The notes under the pieces are model-generated. The model saw only the letters and a list, made by a program, of their open reading frames with translations, was not told where the DNA came from and made no database searches. A DNA stretch of 63,983 bases, the filler included, from Folioceros fuciformis (taxonomy: Eukaryota), in assembly GCA_049999805.1 (NCBI GenBank). It is 13 parts of 13 records of this genome, joined end to end, with 100 filler letters (N's around TTAATTAATTAA, not from the genome) between each part and the next. Parts side by side here need not be neighbours in the genome. Positions count along the whole stretch, not along the records: positions 47,967 to 56,338 come from JBNGIO010001732.1; positions 56,439 to 62,808 come from JBNGIO010001733.1; 11 more parts are not named here. The stretch is one strand, 5' to 3'. Position numbers and translations under genes: made by a program. Shown here one piece after another: positions 47,867 through 59,782 of the stretch (positions are counted from its first letter, which is position 1; each line of letters begins with the position of its first letter).

Positions 47867-48113
47867 NNNNNNNNNNNNNNNNNNNNNNNNNNNNNNNNNN
47901 NNNNNNNNNNTTAATTAATTAANNNNNNNNNNNNNNNNNNNNNNNNNNNNNNNNNNNNNNNNNNNNACACAACTTCCAGGTTCAATATGGGATAATCTAC
48001 ACTATCCTAAGTTCACTAATAACTAGAACTAGTCTAGTATGAACCCAACTGGGATAACTAACACCACATGAGTTTAGCTCATATAGAGCTCGATAACTCA
48101 ACATCCACAACGT

Positions 48114-48800
48114 GGCTCTGATACCATGATACATTGTGGAGATTTGATCGAGAGATCGCACGTGCGGCTAGATTCACAAAAGATCTGATAACATTACGAT
48201 GGGGGCAGACAAGGATATCTGATCCAAGTCCCATGAACGGTTACAACCGTTACTTAACTGTCATTTAGGGTTTGTCATAAATAACTAACCCTTGGTATAT
48301 AACAATGAACAACTAACTGATACTTATTTCTCAACACTAACCCTAACTCCAACCTAAGAGGGGTTGCCAGCTGCCCTTTGAAACTCATTACTAGTTACTC
48401 TCTACCAAAATCGTCAGTGCATCTCAAACCTTCCCTCTCCTCCCTCAAATCATCCTGTAACTCCCTTAGGGCCTCCACCTTCTCCAAGTCCTCCCACCCC
48501 CATCCTGTTGGCCAGGGAGGCCCCCATGGTCTCGTCTAGTACCCCTGAGGTAGCCTCGTAAGCATGGCTCCTTTTCTTCGTACTCTGTAGACGAGTTTCA
48601 CGGGACATCGGAGTAATGCTCTTATGAGTATTTTTGGGGCTGGCAAGAAAAATTGTTTTTAAAAGATGCGATGGAAGACATTGTTTGTGCATGTGGTGAG
48701 CTACATGCTGTACTTGGGATGCTGGATGACCCAAACAAGTTGCTAAGAGGGCTCTTTCATGGGGTACGAAGGGGTGTGTATTACATCAAACCTCGTATCA
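48114..48800 (-). mobile_element. 5' LTR (48800-48127, ~674 bp) plus tRNA-iMet primer binding site (48126-48114)
   Basis: Minus strand ...TGTATCA followed directly by TGGTATCAGAGCC; terminal inverted TGATAC/GTATCA at 48127 and 48800. Confidence 0.8.
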
Positions 48801-50891
48801 CGGATATGTGGCCTTTGTATAGTAGGTGGTAAGGGAAGATGAGCGAGGATTTTCTGGCTTCTTGAGATTCTCATGGGCAACTTTTAAATATATTTGTAGT
48901 TTAGTTTGGCAAGACTTGCAATTTGTGAATGTGCTAGGATTAACATTCTGTGTGGAAGGACCATCCCAATGCATAAACAAGTGGTTATTGCTCTGAGAAG
49001 GCTTGCAATTGGCAACTCTTTTTTGTCAATTAATGAAACGTTTGGTGTTGGTCAAAGCATCATATGCGGAGTGAGTTGTAGGTTTATTATGGCCTTCATT
49101 CGACGAGCTACACATAATCTATGGTGGCCTGAAGGAGAAGAACTAAGAGCAGTGAAGAATGGGTTTAAGGAGAAACAAGGTTTTATCAATTGTTGTAGGG
49201 CTGTAGATACAACTCACTTCAAGATGGAGCTTGTCATGGTCAAAAACTCATGGGAATGTCATGAATGATACAAAGACTATACTATAGCAATGCAAGCAAT
49301 TGTAGGGCCTGACAAGAAATTATTGGACATTGTGACAGGGTGGCCAAGAGCAGCTAATGACATGCCTATTTTATGTATTTTTATGTAATAGTGAATTTTA
49401 TCATTTGGCAAATGCACGTAGAAGACTAAATGGAGATATTGTCATGGTTGATGAACAAGCCATAGAGAATACATAATAGGTGATGCATGTTATCCTTTAT
49501 TACCTTGGCTTGTTATTCCTTTCCCAAGAAAAGGCCTATTGCATAATATGGAGTCCTTTAATTACAAGCATTCATCCACAAGAATGGTTGTTGAAATAGC
49601 TTTTGGAGCATTGAAAAAAAGTATGGCAAATATGGGGAAGAAAAATTTGGTGGGGGTACATCAGCTACTTTATTGATGTTTCTTATGCATGTGCAATATT
49701 GCACAATGTTAGAATTGATTGAGGAGATGAATTGGACCCAAGTTTATTACCTACAGAGAACATTGAGAATGAAGTACCAAGAACGCTGCATAATCCAATA
49801 GACCTAGGCAACCCATAACGACATAGATTATGAGCTACTTTATTGCATGTATTATGTGTTGACAATGAAGAATAAGACTACATTACAAACATACAAAGAA
49901 GACTATAGCTAGAATGTGTATGGACAAGAGCACTTAATCAAGTTTCCAAATCATGAAGAAAGAAGAGCAAAGACACACCTCCAATTATTTTTTATTGCCA
50001 TTTTTAATTTGAGCAACTTCTATTAGAGAAGCCTCTAAATTCCGAATACTACATGAAAGCTCAGTCATTGCCAACAATAGGCCCTTGCCAATCTCAAAAT
50101 CGTAGTTTATCTTGATTTGTTCTATAGCAACATGCCTTGCTATCTTCTCTTGCTCTAGTTCTAAGACTTGTTGATGCCTAGCTTGTTTGGACTCCTCGTT
50201 AGCTCTTAGTAAATCCATCTATTTTGCATGGTTCTTCTCAAACAAAGGTACAAGGCCGCTTACTCCATTCTGTGATTTTAGTTTCCTCCATTTACCACTC
50301 CTAGATACACTATTTGCTTGCATGGGGGTGCCTTCTTCTTAGTTGGTTTGCATGCCAATGGTACTATTACCATTTGCTTGCCTTGTTTTGCTATTGCTAT
50401 CCATAGTTCCATGGCTATTCACTACTTTGTTGTAGCAGAAGTTGTACATAGCATCGTACAGTGTTCTACTCATAGCTTTGGGGAGTTTCTATGCCTCTCA
50501 CTCTTCCTTCTCCATATCCCAATAGTTTGACCTTCTATGCCTCTCACTCTTCCTTCTCCATATCCCAATAGTTTGACCTTCCCGAATGACTATCAGGCCT
50601 CTCCTAGTCTTGCAACTTGTTGAAGTCTGTCATCAAAGCTTTTCAGAAGTCCTCACATTGTTTGTTAGTCTTGAAGATTCCTAAATCTACATATGCAAAT
50701 GATATTACAGCCCAATGAGCTTCAGCTGTCATCATTCGCTCCTTCGTACCTCCTTCTCTATATTTGACCATGTCTTCTTTTCTTGCTACAATCAACGTAA
50801 GAAGGTTAGCTTCCTCCCATCTCTGCCACTTGCTCCTTAGTAGGGCTAGTGGCCTCGTCGAACTTTGTTGCTCCTTTCTTCTTTTTGCCAT
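48801..50891. mobile_element. Degenerate PIF/Harbinger element: transposase (+, ~48801-49875) and convergent trihelix/Myb ORF (-, 50891-49985)
   Basis: TFKYICSLV, QVVIALRRLAIG, CCRAVDTTH, YIIGDACYP, FNYKHSSTRMVVE; RW.EA..LTLI.AR...W..IS......QC. There is a 46-bp tandem duplication at ~50488-50580. Confidence 0.88.
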
Positions 50892-51416
50892 TGTTTTTTT
50901 CTACGTGCACAAAATCATTTGCAGTAGTGCAAGGAACTTGAGACAGTGGCCAAGGGGAGTGCACTTGCCATGTAGGCTGTGCATTTGGCCGTTGGAAATG
51001 AGTAGCAAGGACGTTTTGCTGACTATTCACCCTTGTGCTTGTTGTGTTAGGTATTTGTTGCAAACCAAGGTTATGATTTCCTCTATGGACAATTGGAGGA
51101 GAGCGTTGCCATTCTCCTAGTATTGCCTGCGAAGATAGAGGCCACATGATTCGTTCTGAGTATGAGATCTAGGTTGCACAACACTCCAGAATGCCACACT
51201 TGTACTCTAGAAAACTAGATGTAACGGGTAAGGTAGTTTCCATGAAGACCCAACCCCATATTTCTTATGGATGGGCCCGGGAAACATCCCGCTCGGAACC
51301 AGGCGTTACGTTACTGTGGCTTGATCTTGTCCTTTTCACCACGTCATGTGTTTCGTGCCGGGTTCGGGTTGCTTCGAACCCAGCCTTAGCAAGCGCCATG
51401 TGGAAGACAGTTCCCT

Positions 51417-54400
51417 CTAGGAAGGAGTTCTCACCGACGCAACCGAGAATGGCCCTGCTTCGTAACCGGGATGCTTGTGATCTCCAACCACGAAACTGTG
51501 AACTAATCCATCCATATCTGTCCACCAGCTCTGGCCCGGCTGCTTCCATGCCCCGATTCTTACTCTGCTTACCTGCATCTGTCGTGCTTCCTCCCACATC
51601 TGGGCTCCGGTATATATGTTCAACATTGACACATATGCTGCACCATCTTTCTCGTCTAGCCTCAGTGCTTCATCAAAGGCATGGCGCCCAACCTCCACGT
51701 TGCTCCATTTTCGACAAGCACCAAGCAGGGTGTGCCAAACCGATGCGCCATGAGATACTGGCATTGCCCTTGCCAGAGCTAGTGCCTCATCCAGGTGTCC
51801 TGCGCGTCCAAGAAGATCCACCATACAGGTGTAGTGGTCCGCATTGGGAGTCAGGCCGTACTTTTTGCTCATGAACTCAAAGTACGCTCGCCCCTTGTCC
51901 ACCAGACCCCTATGGCTGCAAACTGTTAGTACACTGAGAAACGTCACGCCATCCGGCTGCTTGCCATCCTCTCTCATTCGGAAGATCAGGTCAAAGACCT
52001 CTTCACTGTCTCCTTGATTGGCATACCCTGCAATCAGTGCGTTCCAGGCCACGACATCTCTTGTTCGCAACGCAGCAAACACCTCACGTGCATCACCCAT
52101 GCTGCAGCACTTTCCATACATGTTCACTAAACTGCTGGCCACGAGCACGTCCGCTTGGAGCCCTTCTTCTTTAATCTGTGCGTGAAGCTGCCTTCCCAGA
52201 TGTAAAGCCGCCATGTTTGCACATGCCTGCAGGAGACACAAAAATGTGACACTATCTGGTGCAACCTTGTTGTCTTCTTGCATCACCCTGTAAAGACCAA
52301 GCGCTTCGGGGCCCATGCCATTTTGGGAATATCCAGCAATCATGGAATTCCACATAACCAAGTCTTTCCGAGGAAGCGTCTCAAACACGAGCTGAGCATC
52401 CTCCAGGCTGCCACACTTTGCGTACATGTTTACCAAGCTGCTGCTCATCAACAAGTCTTGGTGAAGTTCCTTTTCTCTGATACGTGCATGAAGCTGCTTA
52501 CCCTTCTCCAACGCTGAGGCGCCCACACTTGCACACGCCTGAAGGAGGCACAAAACTGTCACAGAGTCGGGTGCAACAGTGCCTTCTTCCTGCATAGCAC
52601 CGTGAAGCTGAAGGGCTTCCTCCCCCATGCCCTGCTGGGCATATCCTGTTATCATGGCATTCCATGTCACCACGTTCTTTTGACGAAGTCCATCGAATAC
52701 ATTCTCAGCACCCTCTAGGTTGCCACACTTTGCATACATGTTCACCAAGCTCCCACCTAGAACTACATCATTTTGAAGTCCTTGTTCTTGAATCTGCACA
52801 TGAAGCTCCTTTCCCTGTTCCAAAGCCAGGGAGCCAACACTCGCACATGCTTGGAGCAGGCACACAAACGTCACGGAATCGGGAATGACCACACCTTCTT
52901 TTCGCATGGCATTGTAAAGGCAAAGGGCTTCCTGACCCAGTCCCTGCTGCGAATATCCTGCTATCATAGCACTCCACGTCACTATATCTTTCTGAGGAAG
53001 TTCATCAAACACCCCTCTGGCATCCTCAAGGCTGCCGCACTTTGCATACATGTTCACCAAACTGCTGCCAACAAAGACATCAGCTGACAGTCCTTGTGCT
53101 CTAAGCTGCAGATGGAGCTGCCTACCCTTCTCCAAAGCAGTAGTGCCCGCACTTGCACATGCCTGCAGGAGGGTCACAAAAGTCACGGAGTCAAGTTCTG
53201 CCGAGCCCTCTTCTTGCATGGCGGAGTGGAGACAAAGGGCTTCTTGCCCCAGGCCCTGCTGGGTATATCCTGCGATAATAGCGTTCCATGTCACCAGATT
53301 CTTCACACAGAGACCATCAAACACGCGCTGAGCATCCTCTAAGCTTCCACACTTCGCATACATTCTAACCAAGCTGTTGGACACAAGAATATCAGCCAGA
53401 AGCCCTATTTCTCTAATATGTGCATGCAGACGCCTCCCCTGTTCTAAGGCTGAGGTGCCCAGATTTGCACATGCCTGCAGGAGGCACACACATGTCACGG
53501 AATTGGGTGGAACAATACCTTCCTCTTGCATGGCATCATAAAGCTGCAGGGCTTCTTGCCCCTTGCCTTGCTGAGAGTATCCTGATATCATGGCATTCCA
53601 CGTCACCACGTTCTTCTGACCAAGTCCGTCAAACACTCTCTGCGCATCCTCCAGGCTGCCACACTTTGAAAACATGTTCACCAAACTGCTGGCTACAAAC
53701 ACATCAGCTTGAAGTCCTCGTTCTCTAATATGTGCATGAAGCTGCCTCCCGTTCTCCAAAAAGGAGGTCCCCAAATTTGCACACGCCTGCAGAAGGCATG
53801 TGAATGTCACAGAATCAGGTGCAACAATGCCTTCCTGCAGCATATCCCTGTAGATACTTAGGGCCTCTTCCCCTTTGCCGTGCTGGGTATATCCTGAAAT
53901 CAAAGCACTCCATGTGAACGCATTCCTTTCACTTAGGCAGTCAAACACTACCCGAGCATCCTCTAGGCTACCACACTTTGCATACATGCTTACCAGAGCC
54001 CCACCGACAAACACATTCCCCTGAAGTCCTCGTTCTCTGATCTCTACGTGAAGCTGCTTCCCCTCCTCCAAAGCCAAGATGCCAATACTTGCGCAAGCAC
54101 GAAGGAGGCACACGAATGTCACAGAGTTGGGTGCAGCCAGGCCCTCCTCTCGCATCGCCCTGTAAAGACGAAGGGCTTTCTGACCCATGTCCTGCTGGGA
54201 ATATCCAGCTATCAAGGCACTCCACGTCACCACATCTTTCCGAGGAAGCCCGTCAAACACCATTTGGGCACCTTCCAAGCTGCCACATTTTGCATACATG
54301 TCCACCAAGCAACTAGAGACAAACAAGTCGTGCTCAACTCCGCTACCCAAGACATCTGCATGCACCTTCTGTCCAGATTCCAAGTCCCCTCCCCTTCCAC

Positions 54401-55139
54401 AAGCCTGAAGGGCTGCCACAAACACATGGCCATCCGGCTTCACACCTGACCCGCGCATCTGGAGATAGAGTGCGATGGCCTGCTTATCTCGCCCATGCTT
54501 CACATGAGCAGAAATGATGGCAGACCAGGTGAAGGCATCTGGGTTGGCCACCATATAGAACACATCCACCGCTTCTTGCAACCTGGCATGGGACGCATAC
54601 ATTCGCAGGATGTGATTGCACAAGAACGTGTCCGACAAGTACCCCTTCTTCACGACGAGGGCATGCACACGGCGACCCAAGGGCAGATCCTTCTTAACCA
54701 CACATAACTTGAGAACCGCATAGAAGAGGGACTCAACAATAAGGCAGTCATCGTGCACCAGCACTCCCAGAGCCTCAACAGCCTCGTCAAGCTGCCTCTG
54801 CTGACATAGTTCGATCACGGTTTGAACCGTCACAGCAGTTCGGTTCGCTGCAGGCCAGCCAGAGTCACGATCATCCGGCACAACCCACTTGGATGTAGGA
54901 GCACGCCAACCCACCTGCACATCTAGCGTAGCCAGCTTTGCACGGGCTGCCGATCGTCCATAACAGCTGCACCCCGCGGCTTCGTTGCTTGAAAGCAGTT
55001 GGTTCCCTGAAGTTGGGCCAGCAGGAAGACCACCTGGAAACCAACCAATTCGGGGAGTCCCCAAAATAGTTCCCCACAGCGCTTCCCGCTGGCTTGGTTC
55101 TACTGTCACGCTCAAAACCGTGACGGACATGGCTGGCAC
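51417..55139 (-). CDS. PLS-class PPR protein (~30 motifs, E1/E2, WW-type PG box, no DYW deaminase), intronless; candidate organellar RNA-editing factor
   Basis: One degenerate plus 8 P-L-S triplets, P2-L2-S2 (HYTCMVDLLGRAG), E1 (W..LLGACR), then KQPGQSWW...HSFVVGD..HP and a stop. Confidence 0.96.
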   Translation of the reverse strand: MPAMSVTVLSVTVEPSQREALWGTILGTPRIGWFPGGLPAGPTSGNQLLSSNEAAGCSCYGRSAARAKLATLDVQVGWRAPTSKWVVPDDRDSGWPAANRTAVTVQTVIELCQQRQLDEAVEALGVLVHDDCLIVESLFYAVLKLCVVKKDLPLGRRVHALVVKKGYLSDTFLCNHILRMYASHARLQEAVDVFYMVANPDAFTWSAIISAHVKHGRDKQAIALYLQMRGSGVKPDGHVFVAALQACGRGGDLESGQKVHADVLGSGVEHDLFVSSCLVDMYAKCGSLEGAQMVFDGLPRKDVVTWSALIAGYSQQDMGQKALRLYRAMREEGLAAPNSVTFVCLLRACASIGILALEEGKQLHVEIRERGLQGNVFVGGALVSMYAKCGSLEDARVVFDCLSERNAFTWSALISGYTQHGKGEEALSIYRDMLQEGIVAPDSVTFTCLLQACANLGTSFLENGRQLHAHIRERGLQADVFVASSLVNMFSKCGSLEDAQRVFDGLGQKNVVTWNAMISGYSQQGKGQEALQLYDAMQEEGIVPPNSVTCVCLLQACANLGTSALEQGRRLHAHIREIGLLADILVSNSLVRMYAKCGSLEDAQRVFDGLCVKNLVTWNAIIAGYTQQGLGQEALCLHSAMQEEGSAELDSVTFVTLLQACASAGTTALEKGRQLHLQLRAQGLSADVFVGSSLVNMYAKCGSLEDARGVFDELPQKDIVTWSAMIAGYSQQGLGQEALCLYNAMRKEGVVIPDSVTFVCLLQACASVGSLALEQGKELHVQIQEQGLQNDVVLGGSLVNMYAKCGNLEGAENVFDGLRQKNVVTWNAMITGYAQQGMGEEALQLHGAMQEEGTVAPDSVTVLCLLQACASVGASALEKGKQLHARIREKELHQDLLMSSSLVNMYAKCGSLEDAQLVFETLPRKDLVMWNSMIAGYSQNGMGPEALGLYRVMQEDNKVAPDSVTFLCLLQACANMAALHLGRQLHAQIKEEGLQADVLVASSLVNMYGKCCSMGDAREVFAALRTRDVVAWNALIAGYANQGDSEEVFDLIFRMREDGKQPDGVTFLSVLTVCSHRGLVDKGRAYFEFMSKKYGLTPNADHYTCMVDLLGRAGHLDEALALARAMPVSHGASVWHTLLGACRKWSNVEVGRHAFDEALRLDEKDGAAYVSMLNIYTGAQMWEEARQMQVSRVRIGAWKQPGQSWWTDMDGLVHSFVVGDHKHPGYEAGPFSVASVRTPS

Positions 55140-57081
55140 TGCTCCCCCTGCAGAGCTAAGCGAGGCGAATTACCACATTCCTCGCACACTTGTTGCAGTT
55201 TAGAATCGTCTGTTGGTCCACAGCTTGGTTCCATTCCGTGGTCAAAGCTTGGTTCCATTTTTGTAGACTTGCTTTTTCAGAAGACCCCGACCCCTTCGAC
55301 AAACATGGAAAGAGAAAACACCTTTCTAACACTTGGGCAGGCTACCAATTTTCTTGCTAGCCTGCCCAAGTGCCCGCCAAGAGCTGGCTAGAGCGTCCAA
55401 GTGCACACCATCTCCTACAACATTTTCCCCTACGAGGCCTTGCAAATTCCTCTTCTTAATTAATGTAGGTGCTTATGTAAATCATATGTGGTACCTAAGT
55501 GTGGAAGATTAGAGCATGGTTACTCTTGATTTATTTATGCAAAGAGAGAATAATGTATATATCTGTTATCAAAGAACTTTAGGTTTTAGATGATAAAGTT
55601 GGAAGATTCTTGAAAAGATGGGTAGAACAACACTTATAAAAACAAAGATTTCTCATAAAAAGTAGAGAAAAAAGTGAAAATTTATTTTATTTCAACACAA
55701 TATATTTGATTATTTTCTAGCAAAACCTCTCTATCTCTCTCTCTTTTGTACTTCTTTACTTTCTCATGTCTTCCTCAAATGTTTTTTTTTATTTCTCTAT
55801 CTACTGGTTAAACTTATCTTCTTTGCCTTCTACTTTTATTGCCTATATTCAATGAGTTATATATTATATATTATATATTTAAGAATTGAAGTCATGTTGT
55901 AATTAGGTATACACTCTACACATGTATTTTGCTTTGATCTTAGTCATAAACCTATGTTAGGCTTAATGAAAATCAATATGTAATGATAATCATCTTCACA
56001 TGAAAGAATTGTTTCTTGATTGAATGTTTAATTTTTCATTTTCTTTCTGCATTAAAAAACTTCATCCATAATGTCATTAGGAATCCATGTATCCATCCCT
56101 TTGATTTTCATGATCACCTCTATTATGAGTGTCATCCATTGTAACATGATTTCATCCCACAAAGTATCTTCAGAAAGCTAAAGTAATAAATAAGGAGGTC
56201 TAGAAGTGTTTAACTTAAGAAACATTTGTGTAAGAAATATTTGTTTAAAATATTATACCAAGTACAACTACATGAAACTATTAGCATAAATTAGACATGC
56301 ATACCTTTAGGTCATGATAACTAAATTGATATACATATNNNNNNNNNNNNNNNNNNNNNNNNNNNNNNNNNNNNNNNNNNNNTTAATTAATTAANNNNNN
56401 NNNNNNNNNNNNNNNNNNNNNNNNNNNNNNNNNNNNNNGCCGCGCTACCCGCTATTTGATGAACTGTGCGTCATCAACGGCATTTGCTCTGGCAGTCCCG
56501 CCTCTCCGGACGCCACCCGACCCTTGGCCAGGCCAGCACACACACCTGCTGCCCAGCACGGGCTGCGCCTGGCACCCCGAGCTGGGGCCCGCCGCTGCCA
56601 GCGGCACAGCTATGGGCCCTGGACCTCGAGCTCCGTTCCCCGCTTCTCTTCAGCCTGCCGGCGGCCCTCCTGAGCGACTCCGCCCCTCACACCCAGCAGG
56701 AATCACCCACCCACGTTCCAATGTCATCCATGGCAGCACCCCCGTCCTCATCTCTCTCGTTCATGCTTGCACGCCCTAGTTTAGGCCACCTGCCGTTGTG
56801 GACGCATCCATCGCCCAGACGACATGATTCCAATTACTTTTTCATGGGAAACAGGCAGAGAAGGATCTACAGAGGCGTGCAGGCTGGTACATACCTTCGT
56901 GGGTGTGCGCGTATGGATACAACTTGTGTGCCCCACCTTCCCAACAACCGGACAAGGGGAGCAGGAGTGAAGGCCTCATGCTTTGGCCAAGTGCCTTCGA
57001 CTCCAAACCAGCGCAACTGGGAACGGATAAGCATTTGTTGGTGCCGTTGAATGGAAGGGGAAGGAGCCGCGGGGAGAAACA

Positions 57082-57110
57082 GGAACCGGAACCGGAACCG
57101 GAACCGGAAC
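57082..57110. repeat. (GGAACC)n short tandem repeat
   Basis: About 5 copies. Confidence 0.85.
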
Positions 57111-57639
57111 CTGTGGATCCAGTCAAATCGACAAGTGACAGATCACAGGCACGTGGACTAAAGAAGGGAGAGCACATGGACACCCCAGCCTCTGAGCTTT
57201 ACCAGATGGCAACTGTATCTGCGACTGCCGGGAACGTGAGGGACGGCGCTCCTGGTCCTATTGCCCTACCCAGACCGGCAAGGTCCGGCAAGGTCCGGCC
57301 AGGCCCGGCCCAGCCGGTCCTGCCTGGGACTGCCTTCATCCTCCACCCAGCCCGGATGTTCCGATGATGTCTGCTATGTTGTTGGGTTCTGGCCGCCACG
57401 GCCATACGTCACCCTGTCCGCAGCCCAGCTTGCGTGCCAAACTTCCGCCTTGTCTTTGTCGAGCTCCAGCCTGGGGCTCAGAGGAATATGTTGTTGCAAG
57501 CTGGGTGTACACACCTGGAGGTTGGAAGCAACACGCAATCTGCTGAGGACGGTGATGAGGTCCAGGTTGAGATTTGGGCTTAACTAATTTCAGCTATCAC
57601 GAGATGTCATGACGATGTCTCGAGCATGTAACTAACTTG

Positions 57640-57851
57640 TCAGGACGTTGCCTTCTTCACATTCCTTCTCGTTGGCTTCCTTCTGGAGGGGGGTGTCCCG
57701 ACCTTGGCTCTCCGCTGATGGATCATGTGGACGTAGAGGAGCAGCCAGAGGAACGGGTACGCGCATAGCAAGCCCTGTGCGGGGATACCTATGTAAGTAA
57801 GCATGTTGACCTGCGTGGCGGGGGGGCAGACACCAGGCTTGGCTTGGAAAT

Positions 57852-57889
<38 letters not shown>

Positions 57890-59189
57890 ACATACACATC
57901 TACACAAGCACACACTTAGACACATACAAAAACACACACACGTTGCTCGGAAGGGATGGAAGGCAGACTTACTGTCACGAAGGTGTGGTAACTGAAGGGA
58001 AGTGCCCGGAAAATGTTGTAATAGAGATTCTTCTTCTTAATGTCGGGCAGTGCTGAGTACATTACCACGCCTGCAGGGCCGAGTGATGACATGACGGAGG
58101 ATGAGTGCTATGAAGTGAACCACCAAATCATGGACCCTGGGACGAAGAAATATGGTTCTTACCTTCTGCAAGAACACCGATAGGATACAGCACAATGAAG
58201 GCCGAATAGCTGGAAGGGCAGCCACAGAGCGGGTTCAGAGTCTGGAAGACAGATGCCACGAGATCGGAACCCCTTGCGGTTCCAGGAAGCTTACCGCAGC
58301 CACGTTAGCCATCTAGGACTCGAGCCAAAAGTATGTAGAGCATACTGTGGGTACCGAATGACCTGCAACACGGCGCGATTCCATGAGCATCAACCTGAGT
58401 TTGTACGATCATCAGTCCTCCAACGTGTATGACATGGGAGGAGGCGGGGCAAGGAAGAACCTCGGAGAGAGACCACGCCGCAAAAATGGCGAATACTGCT
58501 GGAAGTCCCTGGACCTGGGGGAAAAACATTTCCGATCCAAAACAATGACTGTCATCACAGTGAGCTCGTGAACAATCTCCATGGAACCTGACTAGTTTGA
58601 AGCGAAATGAGCAACTACTACCTCTGGCAGTTGGGAGATGACAGCCAGGAGAACATGCGATCGGCCCGCCCATTGCAGCAAGCAGGTGACGGGAGAGCTG
58701 CTGACCAGACCTTCATTCACGGTACCAAGTCGAGCCTCAGCTCCAACATTCATCACACACTTCCCTCACCAACAAGTCCAGAGGAGAGTGTAGAGTTGCT
58801 TGGGAAATAGGACCAAGGCACGCACCTACTACGGAGTGCACCACCTCGAGAAATGTTGCCAGCTGCAAAATTTCTGAGAAGAAAACGCCAACCTCAGGGG
58901 GTCAGAAATTCATATCTGCGACCACGCCACTCCAACAACCAGACATCGTAAGTAGGTACTCACGTACGAGGTGACCAGCGGTTTTGTAAGCATCGGACGG
59001 CCTCCCCTCCGCAACAATACGCCACAGCACCAAAGCCCTGCTCGAAACAGATCGTCAGTCGAAAACGGGGCTACACGATCTGGTCATCCAAGGGACTGCA
59101 TCTCCCTGCACGGCATACCATCCCAAGGCTTGCGCCAGATTGTAGGAGGCGAGGTAGCATTTCTGGAGCCATTTTCCGGAACCCGCCAT
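57640..59189 (-). CDS. PTPLA: Very-long-chain 3-hydroxyacyl-CoA dehydratase (PTPLA/HACD family), multi-exon; mostly missed by the ORF track
   Basis: Manual splicing gives MAGSGKWLQKCYLASYNLAQALGW|ALVL...|ILQLATFLEVVHSVVG|LVSS...LQWAGRSHVLL...|...AWSLSE|VIRYPQY...WLTWLR|YSAFIVLYPIGVLAEG|VVMYSALP...LPFSY|...YPFLWLLLYVHMIHQRRAK with GT-AG boundaries. Confidence 0.92.
57854..57941. repeat. (CA)n microsatellite in the last PTPLA intron
   Basis: Seen directly in the sequence. Confidence 0.95.
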
Positions 59190-59782
59190 GGCCAGGCCCG
59201 CGTACGGAGAAGACAACCGTTGCCCTAATAACCTCAGCAGCCTGGATGCTGACTTCCCAGAAGCAACGCGGTCGGAAAGCCTTATTTCGTTGTTAACCAG
59301 AGGAGGGAAGGAGCAAACCAGAGCAAAGCGAACCTACGTTTTGCTTTTGGGGGTTGGGTGCTTCATCACTTTGGATGCTGAGCGTTTAGTGGCTGATTGA
59401 GGAAGGTGAAGAGGGGCCAGATGCTAAGCACAGCGACCGGGACTTCGCACTGTTTACAAGAGGGGTAGGATTATAAGCCTGGGCTGTGGCGTGGCGTGTG
59501 GAAGGAATAAGATAATGGAGGCTTTCATGTCGGCCCATGTGCAGATGGAGTGTTTGTGTGCACCACTTGCTTGCTGCAGCTTTCACGGAAGCAGGGAAAT
59601 CCTGGAGCTGGGAAAGTTCGCGGAATCTTCCCTTCTGGCGGCTCTAGTCGTGATGGAGACGGTCAGAGCCCTGCGCTGGCTGCAGCAGTTTCCTTGCAGT
59701 CTGTGGCGCGATGTACGCGGCGATTTAGGGTGCGGGAGGCAAGCGTGGGCATTTGCAAGGGATCGCAGCGTTGTGGTTGGGT

